Source of the DNA: an uncultured Acidobacteriota bacterium
GTDB taxonomy: Bacteria > Acidobacteriota > Thermoanaerobaculia > Multivoradales > UBA5704
DNA: 64,000 nt
Reading direction: 5' to 3'
NCBI GenBank assembly: GCA_963770895.1
Contig: CAVYRF010000002.1
Coordinates: 5,472,001-5,536,000 of the forward strand
Shown: in pieces, positions 39,686 through 48,311 of the stretch
Layout of the letters: each line of letters starts with the position of its first letter
How positions within the stretch are numbered: the stretch's first letter is position 1
Notes under the pieces: generated by a model
The model's database searches: none
What the model saw: only the letters and a program-made list of their open reading frames with translations
Told to the model about the DNA's origin: nothing
Made by a program: the position numbers and the translations under genes

Positions 39686-41645
39686 GAGGCGGCGAGTAGT
39701 CGACCGGTCGGCGAGCCCCTGCGCCATGACCGGAAGGTGAGGGCAGCGAGCTTCAGTCCCGATGGCCGTTGGGTGGTGACGGCGAGCGCGGACGGTATGG
39801 CGCGAGTGTGGGAGGCGGCTAGCGGTCAACCGGTCGGCGAGTACCTGCGCCATGAAGGCTCGGTTTTGGCAGCGAGCTTCAGTCCCAATGGCCGCTGGGT
39901 GGTGACGGCGAGCGCGGACGGGACGGCGCAGGTGTGGGAGCCGGTGAGCGGTCGTCGGGTCGGTGCGCCCCTGCGCCATGACTCCACGATCTGGGCTGCG
40001 AGCTTCAGTCCTGATGGCCGCTGGGTGGTGACGGCGAGCGCGGATCATACGGCGCGGGTGTGGGAAGCGGCGAGCGGTCGCCTTGTCGGCAAGCCCCTGC
40101 GCCATGAAGGCTCGGTTTTGGCTGCGAGGTTCAGTCCCGATGGCCGCTGGGTGGTGACGGCGAGCGATGATCATACGGCGCGACTGTGGGAGGCGGCGAG
40201 CGGTCGAGCGGTCGGCGAGCCCCTACACCATGGCGGCAAGGTGACGGATGCGAGGTTCAGTCCCGATGGCCGTTGGGTGGTGACGGCGAGCGCGGACGGG
40301 ACGGCGCGGGTGTGGGAGGCGGCGAACGGTCAGGCGGTCGGTAAGCCGCTGCGCCATGGCTCCTTCGTGCTGTCTGCGAGCTTCAGTCCCGATGGCCTCT
40401 GGGTGGTGACGGCGAGCGCGGACGGGACGGCGCAGGTGTGGGAGGCGGCGAATGGTCAGGCGGTCGGTAAGCCGTTGCGCCATGGCTCCTTCGTGCTGTC
40501 TGCGAGCTTCAGTCCCAACGGCCTCTGGGTGGTGACGGCGAGCGGTGACCGTACGGCGCAAGTGTGGGAGGCGGCGAGTGGTCGACCGGTCGGCGAGCCC
40601 CTGCGCCATGGCCGCACGGTCTGGGCAGCGAGCTTCAGTCCCGATGGCCGCTGGGTGGTGACGGCAAGCGATGACCAGACAGCGCGGGTGTGGGAGGCGC
40701 CGAGTGGTGATCTGGGTAAGGCCGCGTCCTCTGCGCTGATGGCGGTCGCAGGCCGCCGGGTTTCCGACGATGGCTTGCTGGTAGACGTGCCCCTCAAGGA
40801 CCGCTTGGAGTGGCGCGAACGGCTTCGGGCCAAACCCCAGGACGGCGCGGAGGGGGATCGCATCCTGCGTTGGTATCTGGCTCAACCGCGCACGCGCCTA
40901 ATCTCGCCACGCGCCACGCTCACAGTGCCGCAGCTGATCGAGCGCGAGATCGATTGGGGAATGGCTCACCTGCTGGAAGACCCCGACAGCGTTTTCAACG
41001 CTGCCTACGACCTCGACCCCGCTCATCCGCTGATCCTCTTCGCCCTGAGTGCGATCGAGCACAACCCGGCGACTCTCAAGCTGTATCGCGACCTCGGCCT
41101 GAAGCGCCTGCCCGCGGATGCGCGCCTCTGCACCCGCGCCGCGGAGATCCTGAAGGCCGCGGGCGACCGGCCGCGCGCCGCCGCCGCTGCCGAGAAGGCG
41201 CTTGCCCTCGATCCGCGCTACCCCCCGGCTCTGGCCGTGCGAACCTGGGCTGCCGCGGGCCATTGAAGAGCAGGAAGCCCACGCCGCGCGAGAAGCACCG
41301 CGGCTCGAGCCAGCGCCTACCCCTCGCATTGCGCCGCCTTCTTCTTTTACAGGAAATCGGCTGAGTCGCGGGCTGGTGCGGCTCAGGATACTCACCGGCG
41401 CGACTGCCAGGTCGAGCGCAGCCCGCGGTGTTGCGGAAGGGAGATGGGCTCGGAAAGGGCGTTGCGGCGGCGCGGGCAGGTTGTGGCGAGGAGGCGTGCG
41501 TCAGCTGGGTGGGTGACGAGCCGCCTGCGGCGCTGCGCTCCACGCGGCCGTGGCAGTCCCGCCGGCGTTTGCCGGTGCGGGAATCCTCCAACCATGTCCG
41601 TCCACTATGGTGACGGGGAGTCACGCCGACAAGGAGAGGATGCCC

Positions 41646-42629
41646 ATGGCCGGACCGCTCAACTTCGCCCAGATCAAGACCGAGATCGCCGACAAGCTCG
41701 ACATCCTTGACCGCACGCACGCAGCGCGGATGGCGGTGAGGGGCTACAACGCCGCTCCCGTCCCCCAACAGGCTGTGGAGCTTGCCGCCGTGCCTGCACT
41801 CGGCGCGGCGCCGGCAGCGCCGGGTCGCCGCACCTTTTCGCTGCTGGCACAGGGCGACTCCTGGTTCGATTATCCGCCGGGCACGGATCTCATCGACTGC
41901 TTGCACTCGAATCACGGCCATCGCATCACCAATATCGCCGTGGCCGGATCCACTTTAAATGACGAAGCCTACGGGCCGGTCCCGCGTGAGCTCTTCGGAC
42001 TGCCCTTCGGCTCGCCGCAGTCCGACGACCCATCGCGAATCGTCGAGTTGGTGCATCGCATCCAGACCGACAGGCCGCAGGGACTCCTGCTTTCCGCCGG
42101 GGGCAACGACGTGGCTGGCGACCCATTCTTCTCGTTCCTCAACAATTCCGAATCAGGCCTCAACCCGCTCAACCCCCAGGTGCTGCAGGGTGTTGTCACC
42201 GAGACGTTCCAAGCTGGCTACGAATACATCATTGATCATGCTCTGGCCGCCGCCCAGGAGGTCCACATCACCCTGCCGATCTTCCTCCACGGCTACGACT
42301 ATCCCTGGCCCGATGGCCGCGCGGTCATCTCTTTCCTTGGCTGGGGAGTCGGTCCCTGGTTCGATCCCGTGTTCAAGGTCAAGAACTTCCCCAACAACAA
42401 CGCGCAGGACCTGCAGCGGCGCCACGACATCCTGATACCGCTCATCGATGCCGTGAACGCGATGCAGCTGGCCCTGGCGCAGAAATATCCTGGGCAGGTC
42501 TTCCACGTGGACCTCACCCACACGCTCCAAACCCAAGGCGATTGGGCTAACGAGCTGCATCCGGGCAACCCCGGATTTGCCGCCCTCGCCGCCAAGATCG
42601 ACGCCAGCCTGCAACAGCACATGCCCTAG
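41646..42629 (+). CDS. SGNH/GDSL-hydrolase-like protein
   Basis: LAQGDSWFDYP (block I), LSAGGNDV (block III), HGYDY, WANELHP (block V); AAGGAGAGG SD, ATG 41640 or 41646. Confidence 0.82.
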   Translation: MAGPLNFAQIKTEIADKLDILDRTHAARMAVRGYNAAPVPQQAVELAAVPALGAAPAAPGRRTFSLLAQGDSWFDYPPGTDLIDCLHSNHGHRITNIAVAGSTLNDEAYGPVPRELFGLPFGSPQSDDPSRIVELVHRIQTDRPQGLLLSAGGNDVAGDPFFSFLNNSESGLNPLNPQVLQGVVTETFQAGYEYIIDHALAAAQEVHITLPIFLHGYDYPWPDGRAVISFLGWGVGPWFDPVFKVKNFPNNNAQDLQRRHDILIPLIDAVNAMQLALAQKYPGQVFHVDLTHTLQTQGDWANELHPGNPGFAALAAKIDASLQQHMP

Positions 42630-42842
42630 AGTGATCGTCGCGGCTGGTTGCGGACGCGGCCGCCGGCTTAGGCCGTTGGCCGTGGTGGCGCCGGGGAGGG
42701 CTCGGGCTGCCGGTGGCCGACGCACCGCGGCGGGTGCAGTGCCAGCGCGGTCGAGAAGGTGCCATCTGAGGTCTTAACTGGGCTCCCAGCCTGGCCGCAG
42801 CGGGATTCGGCTATCATCAGCCCGAGGACAGCAGAGGGAGGT

Positions 42843-43320
42843 ATGGACTTTGCGGAGGCGAAACAGATCCTGCAGGCCCTGGAACGGGAGCACGTTCGGT
42901 ACGTGCTCGTCGGTTCGATGGCCATGGCCGCACAGGGTATCGTGAGAGCGACCCGGGACATTGACCTCTTTGTAGCTCCGGATCACGAGAACGTGGAGCG
43001 TCTCCGCCGGGCGCTCGGCAGCGTCTTTGACGGCGACCCGAACCTCGATCAGATCACCGCCGACGACCTGGGTGGCGACTATCCGGCGATCGAGTATGTG
43101 CCACCTCACGGCGCCTACTCGCTCGACATTCTCGCTCGGCTCGGTGACGCTTTCAGCTACGATCAGATCGAGTTGGAGGTAACTGGTCGTTGACGGGACC
43201 CGCGTGCGTGTCGCGACTCCCCAGATGCCCCACCGCATGAAGCGCAATACCGTCCGTCCGCTTGACAGGGCCGATGCGGCGGCGCTCCGCGAACGCTTCA
43301 GTCTTTCCGAGGACGGTTGA
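42843..43320 (+). CDS. Pol-beta-superfamily nucleotidyltransferase (DUF6036/AbiEii-like), frameshifted near 43180
   Basis: YVLVGSMAM..G..RATRDIDL; +1 frame continues LVVDGTRVRVATPQM..MKRNTVRPLDRADAAAL to TGA 43320. Confidence 0.72.
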
Positions 43321-43556
43321 TGGGGGTACGGAAGTTCCGGTCGGTCGCCGACATGCCCGGACCGGCTCCACGGGCGCCATTGGACCCCGAAAACCTGCGG
43401 ATCGGCGTGGGGCTCATGGATCTCGCCTGCCGGCTGAGCGGCTTCCGCCACACTCCCGGCGTGCGCAGGTTCCGCTCCATCGAGGAGGCGAACGCCCATC
43501 GCCGCCGCTGGGAGGAGGACGAGACGCGGCGCCTCCACGGTAGACCCCGGGTTTGA
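43320..43556 (+). CDS. Small basic protein with duplicated V(R/K)xFRS motif, putative partner of the nucleotidyltransferase
   Basis: TGATG overlap; MGVRKFRSVADM ... PGVRRFRSIEEA. Confidence 0.65.
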   Translation: MGVRKFRSVADMPGPAPRAPLDPENLRIGVGLMDLACRLSGFRHTPGVRRFRSIEEANAHRRRWEEDETRRLHGRPRV

Positions 43557-43776
43557 CCGTCGAAGGAGTCGCGTTGGCCTTGGACGCTACCTCGTGTCGA
43601 ACTGTGTTGCTGCTGGACTTTGCTGCCTCGTGGCCAATGCGCCGGTTCCGCAGAACTTCTTGACGAGGCGCGCTTGGGAGCTTGCTTGGCCACCTCACTT
43701 CTTATTCTCCCGCGCTTCGCCAGCCCTGATGTTGCCGCGAGACACGCACCGGCGGCCACGGGCGTTTCCACCTGGG

Positions 43777-43816
43777 CCCACTCACGCCGAGCTGAAGCGG
43801 CGCCGGCGTGAGCGGG
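43777..43816 (-). terminator. Hairpin downstream of the Cys-rich peptide ORF
   Basis: Minus-strand CCCGCTCACGCCG / CGGCGTGAGTGGG 13-bp stem with one G-U pair, 22 nt after the stop. Confidence 0.5.
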
Positions 43817-43838
43817 GGAGGAGAACGCTAGAGGATCC

Positions 43839-44042
43839 TCAACAGGTACCGGTCAGAACGCATTCGACGACACCGGTGGGATCGCCGGTGCCACCACCAC
43901 CACCCGTGTTTCCACAGGCCCCGGAGCAACCGTTCTGGCAAGGCACTGCGGTATTACAGGCCATTCCAGGTGAGCTGGCGCATGCCGTCAATGGGGTTGA
44001 AGCCGGTTGAGCTTTGCCTCCAACCACGCGGTCCAGATTCAT
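43839..44042 (-). CDS. Cys/Ser/Thr-rich peptide with double-glycine motif (RiPP precursor-like, leader probably truncated)
   Basis: MNLDRVVGG followed by a 58-aa core with 7 Cys and 12 Ser/Thr; no clear SD. Confidence 0.55.
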   Translation of the reverse strand: MNLDRVVGGKAQPASTPLTACASSPGMACNTAVPCQNGCSGACGNTGGGGGTGDPTGVVECVLTGTC

Positions 44043-44260
44043 CACACTGCGCCCCGCCACGGTGGTGGGGCCCCCCGAGCGGCGCGAGAGGCACCGGTCG
44101 CCCGCCCGCGGCCTGCGGCCAGGCGTCGACGATTTTGCGCTGGCTCGGGCCGGAACGACGGTATAGCCTTAGAGCAACCCTTGGCACTCGGCTGGGGCGG
44201 CGGCGCCGGCCTCATGTCCTTGTTGCTGCCCTGCATTGCCTGGCCAGAAGATAGGCACCT

Positions 44261-46231
44261 ATGGGAAAAACCGCAGCAGAGGCTGATTTCGCTCTTGCGG
44301 CACGAAGGGTCGCCAACGCGCTTCAAAACGAGCAGCCCGTTGTCTTTTTCGGCGCCGGGGTGTCACGCGCGTCAGGACTCCCCATGGCGGCCGACCTCAA
44401 GAACTTCGTGCTGCGGGCGCTCTGCCCTGTAGCGGCCGATCGAAAAGTCATAGCTGAGGCGCAGCTGCCGTTCGAGGCGTTTATCGAGAGCATCGCTGCA
44501 CATGTGGACATTGGCGGACTCATCTGCGTGTATGAGCTTGGCGAGCCGGACGCTGCGCATATGTTCATGGCAAGACTCGCGCGCGCCGGCCTGGTCAAGC
44601 TGTTTGTGACCACCAACTTCGATCGGCTCCTTGAAGATGCGTTACTTGACCAGAAAGTCAGATTTGCCGTGCATGCCACGGACCGCCAGCTCGCCTCAGC
44701 GAGCGGTGCCGCTCGGACTGTGGCTGTTCTCAAGTTGCACGGGAGCATCGAGAACAAGCCCAGCATTCGGGCGACGCTCAGGTCAGTGGCAAGCAGGGAG
44801 TGGTCAGTCGGCAGAGAACGAGCAATCCACCATGCCCTTCAGCGTCGCGTGCCGGTCATCGTAATGGGCTATAGCGCTTCTGACGCGTTCGATATCACGC
44901 CAATAATCAAGGGCGCTGGCAGATCAGCCACAGTTCTCTACATAGACCACGCAGACGGCCGGCTACCGCGTGGTACGCGACTGAGCGAGCTCCCGCGGAC
45001 GAATCCCTTCCGCGACTTCGCCGGAGTACGAATCCACGGCGACACGGACCAGCTGGTTCGCGAAGTCTGGCGACGGCTGCGGCCCACCCTGGGAGAGGAG
45101 CGCAGGTCGACGTGTGCCGCCAACTGGAGGCAGCATGTGGAGCGATGGCTTGCGGACATGCCGGTTGGAATTCGTAACTTGATTGTCGCGACGCTGCTCT
45201 TCCAGATATCGCAATCTCGTAAGAGTCTTCGTTACAGCCAGGCTGCGCTGGAGTCCCTTCCTCGCCCGCAGTCCGTGGCCCGTGCGTCCTGCTGGACGCT
45301 GAGGGCTCAGGCGTACCACACGCTCGGCGACTTCGAGGAGAGTATCAGGTGTTGCCGTGCCGCATTGAGAATGATCAAGAGCTCCGATCATCAAGCCCGT
45401 GCATCGGTGCACGAAAAGTTAGGTGGGGCTGCGCACAGTCTTGGAAGGTATGCGCTTGCGCGCTCTCAGTACGAGCACGCCTTACACCTGGCGAAAGGCG
45501 ACCGTCGTCGTCAGTCACTGTGCTATTCCGGGTTGGGTAGCATCGGATACCGTCTTCAGGACTTTGGATCAGCGATCGTGAACTATCGCAAAGCAACTAG
45601 ACTGGCACGGCGGATCGGTTTCAAGGTCGGTGAGGCAGCCTACCTGATCAACCTCGCGAATGTCGCCGCCGCTCAGCACTCCTATGAGGAGGCACGCCGG
45701 GCGTATGTGCAGGCCAGCGAGGTGGCTACACAAGTGGCTTACGCCGCGGGCGAAATCACCGCTCGGGTCGCATTGGCCGACCTTGATTTGGCTGTCGGGA
45801 AGTACGGTGACGCGTGGGATTCTTACAACGCCGCGCTCTCGCGTGCACGGGAGCTACGATATGTCGTCCGCGTAGTGAATTGCCTGATCGGCTTGGGGAG
45901 AGTCAGCATTGCCCGGCAGCGTTCTTTCGAAGCACTCAGATATCTCCGGCGGGCTCGTGCGATCGCGAGACGACATGCGAAGCGCGCCGAAGAGGCAGAG
46001 GCATGCGAGGGGCTCGGTGACACCCACTTCGCTGCTCAGCGGCCGAGATTCGCAATACAGTACTACTTGGATGCCGCGGCAATCTACAGACAGACGCGGC
46101 AATATAGAACTCTGGTCGCAGTGCTCTCGAGGGTGGCGATGTGCTACGAACTCTTGGGAGATGGGCGTAGGCGTGGCGCCGTTGCTCGGCAGATGAAGTC
46201 GTTGCAGCGAAGGCTTGGCGCTGCGCTATAG
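44261..46231 (+). CDS. SIR2-family (sirtuin-like NADase) domain plus TPR repeats
   Basis: FFGAGVSRASGLP, VTTNFDRLLE, LKLHGS, MGYSASD intact; C-terminal TPR repeats (LGD/LGS..A..Y); lower GC3 than core genes. Confidence 0.85.
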   Translation: MGKTAAEADFALAARRVANALQNEQPVVFFGAGVSRASGLPMAADLKNFVLRALCPVAADRKVIAEAQLPFEAFIESIAAHVDIGGLICVYELGEPDAAHMFMARLARAGLVKLFVTTNFDRLLEDALLDQKVRFAVHATDRQLASASGAARTVAVLKLHGSIENKPSIRATLRSVASREWSVGRERAIHHALQRRVPVIVMGYSASDAFDITPIIKGAGRSATVLYIDHADGRLPRGTRLSELPRTNPFRDFAGVRIHGDTDQLVREVWRRLRPTLGEERRSTCAANWRQHVERWLADMPVGIRNLIVATLLFQISQSRKSLRYSQAALESLPRPQSVARASCWTLRAQAYHTLGDFEESIRCCRAALRMIKSSDHQARASVHEKLGGAAHSLGRYALARSQYEHALHLAKGDRRRQSLCYSGLGSIGYRLQDFGSAIVNYRKATRLARRIGFKVGEAAYLINLANVAAAQHSYEEARRAYVQASEVATQVAYAAGEITARVALADLDLAVGKYGDAWDSYNAALSRARELRYVVRVVNCLIGLGRVSIARQRSFEALRYLRRARAIARRHAKRAEEAEACEGLGDTHFAAQRPRFAIQYYLDAAAIYRQTRQYRTLVAVLSRVAMCYELLGDGRRRGAVARQMKSLQRRLGAAL

Positions 46232-46432
46232 ATCACAGGCCACGCGCTCGCGATCGCACAAGCGAGGTCGAATGTAGGCCGGAACGCGATTGGGAGAGTC
46301 ATTGGCGGTTCGCCAGCTGCTGCCGGCCAGGCAGGGGCTCGGATTGACCGATATCCCGAGGGACGAACCCTGACGCACGGAGAGGTCAAGCGGCGCTTTA
46401 CCTCGGCGTGACCGTGCCGGGGCCCGGCTTAG

Positions 46433-47935
46433 CTCTACTTTGTCAGATTCGTCGACGAGGTGGAGGCCCTGGATTGTTGCTGTCGGCGAGAGGCAGAGTC
46501 GATAGCGGCTTGACGTTGGCGGTGCCGGTTCTGCACCTGACGGATCGACTCCTCGATGTCGAGGTCCCGCCGGGGTAAGAGCCGAACGAGAAGATGCTTC
46601 ACGTCGGCAGCACTCAGGAGAGGAAGAGCCTCGCTCTGCAAGTGCTTCTCTTTCAGAATGAAAAGCAGCGCCATCATGACGAGGGCCATGTGGTGATACC
46701 AAGCTTGCCAGCTTCGCGCCTGGTATTCGTCCATGCCGGCCTCGTTCTTGGCTTCCTGGAAGGTACGTTCGACCCAGTAGCGCTGCCGCTGCATATAGGC
46801 CAACCGTTGCAAAGAGGTCTGCTCGACGGCATTGCTGAAGCTGTACTTGGTGGTGTCGGGCGCACCGATCTCGCGCGTCACGATCAACTGCCAACAGCGG
46901 GCTTGTGTCTCCGTGGCTTCGCGCACCCAGACGCGGCAACGCAGGGCTTGAACATGAAGCTCCCCTTGGGTCCCGCGCCGGACCCATACTTCTTGCCACG
47001 CTGCGGCCGGTTGGCGAGCAACCCATTCGTCCACGCGCACGTCTTCAGCGCGAGACTCCGGTGTCGCCCGACGTCGTTTGGCCCGACGCGGGTTGTCGAG
47101 AAAGACTCGTTGGTCTCGGTGAACATCGATGACAAACGTCTCATCGGCGTCGTCGAGGGCGCGCAGAAGAGCGCGATCCTGACCATACGTCCCATCCGCC
47201 GCTACCCAGGCAAAGTGCACTCCGTTGCGTCGTGCTCGTCGAACAAGATCCAGAGCCAACGCTGGCTTCGTCTTCATCACTCGGCGCTCAACCGGCACAC
47301 CCGCCGCGGCACATCGCGTTGGATCCTCGACCCACTCCCGCGGCAGGTACAGTTCGGCATCGATCAGGCTGACCCGCTTGCCTCGCGCCAATGCGGCGAA
47401 GACCGCCACCTGGCAGTTATCCGTCTTGCCCTGCAAGCCGAACCACTGCCGAGCTACGCCCACCGACCGAACGCCTTTCTTCGCAAAGCAGGTCTCGTCC
47501 AGCAGCAGGCAGGTGTCCTGATCACCGCCCAACAGCCCGCCGACCTCCTTCGCCACTTGATCCATGACGGCTCTCGCATCCCAAGGCGAGTGAGCGAGAA
47601 AGTGGTGCAGTGCCTGAGCCTCGGTGCCGGGCACCACCTCGGCCATCCGCTGGACGTTGCGCTTTGCGGCCTGCAACAAACCGCTCAGATACGCCCGTGC
47701 TTGCAAGTTCACGTCTCGGGTCCGCAGGCGGAAAAGAAGCGCAAATCCCTGCTGAAAGGCCAGGAATCGCGCTCCCAGCTCTTGCAGGGGAGCTGGGGCA
47801 TGGCGTCTCTCCTTCCGACTATGGTCCTTTGAGGGGAGGAAGCATCTGGTCTCGGCGAGAAATCATACTTTCTAGCCCAATTCTACGAGCTAACTGCCTT
47901 GGAATCAACTGCTTCCGAAGTCTGACAAAGTAGAG
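46433..47935 (-). mobile_element. IS701-family insertion sequence, full length (1503 bp)
   Basis: Perfect 15-bp IRs CTCTACTTTGTCAGA / TCTGACAAAGTAGAG enclosing a transposase. Confidence 0.93.
46435..47712 (-). CDS. IS701-family transposase
   Basis: LHHFLAHSPWD, LDETCFAKKGVRSVGVARQW, NCQVAV, ADGTYG, RYWVERTFQEAKNEAGMDEYQARSW. Confidence 0.93.
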   Translation of the reverse strand: MNLQARAYLSGLLQAAKRNVQRMAEVVPGTEAQALHHFLAHSPWDARAVMDQVAKEVGGLLGGDQDTCLLLDETCFAKKGVRSVGVARQWFGLQGKTDNCQVAVFAALARGKRVSLIDAELYLPREWVEDPTRCAAAGVPVERRVMKTKPALALDLVRRARRNGVHFAWVAADGTYGQDRALLRALDDADETFVIDVHRDQRVFLDNPRRAKRRRATPESRAEDVRVDEWVARQPAAAWQEVWVRRGTQGELHVQALRCRVWVREATETQARCWQLIVTREIGAPDTTKYSFSNAVEQTSLQRLAYMQRQRYWVERTFQEAKNEAGMDEYQARSWQAWYHHMALVMMALLFILKEKHLQSEALPLLSAADVKHLLVRLLPRRDLDIEESIRQVQNRHRQRQAAIDSASRRQQQSRASTSSTNLTK

Positions 47936-48146
47936 TCAACCAGCTGTGCCGGGGCGCTGACCGAGCGGCTGGACTTCCAGGAGGCTTCGGGCCGGCCGCG
48001 GCGGCACTTCGCGTAGAGTTTTTGCATTGGCCCTCCGGCGCAGATGATCCTGATCCCAAGCCAAGCGAGCCGTCGCCAGACCGGCTTGTTGACGCGCTGC
48101 GCTTAACTCGCTAAACTACATACCACGCTAAGGAAAGGACGGAGCA

Positions 48147-48308
48147 ATGACGGAATCTGGTAAGCGCGGCGAGCGTCGGGAGCAACCCAGCGGGGCCGCA
48201 AGCGAGAAAAAGCGCATTGACGAAAGCACGCGCACGGAAATCCGCAAGCGATTGGACGGCGACCCGACGACACACGCACCCGACCCTAAGCCCAAGCCTA
48301 ACAAGTGA
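48147..48308 (+). CDS. 53-aa highly charged peptide (MTESGKRGERREQPSG...DPKPKPNK)
   Basis: GGAG SD; stop lies 3 nt before the next ATG; absent from the ORF track. Confidence 0.5.
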   Translation: MTESGKRGERREQPSGAASEKKRIDESTRTEIRKRLDGDPTTHAPDPKPKPNK

Positions 48309-48311
48309 ACG

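Larger units (their letters stand above)
37257..40702 (+). repeat. Array of 16 near-identical 126-bp (42-aa) WD40 coding repeats, 8 on each side of the IS
   Basis: Unit LRHxxxVxAASFSPDGRWVVTASxDxTARVWEAASGRPVGEP; GTGGTGACGGCGAGC recurs with 126-bp period. Confidence 0.95.
35619..41266 (+). pseudogene. nSTAND1-type NTPase - TM - 16x WD40 - TPR-like protein, interrupted by IS4 (segments 35619-38240 and 39695-41266)
   Basis: PWLGLLPF..FFGR, Walker A GPSGLGKSS, Walker B LLFDQFEE, LTLREDYL, EISHDVL; TM helix; removing the IS and one TSD restores WEAASSRPVGEPLRH in frame (~1397 aa). Confidence 0.88.

Noticed and set aside
37257-40702. Possible CRISPR array or DGR template/variable repeats
   Set aside because: Repeats are in-frame 126-bp WD40 units; differences are not adenine-specific; no reverse transcriptase in the window
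41267-41640. Riboswitch or ncRNA in long intergenic gaps (also 18870-19110)
   Set aside because: No recognisable conserved aptamer motif by eye; needs an Rfam scan
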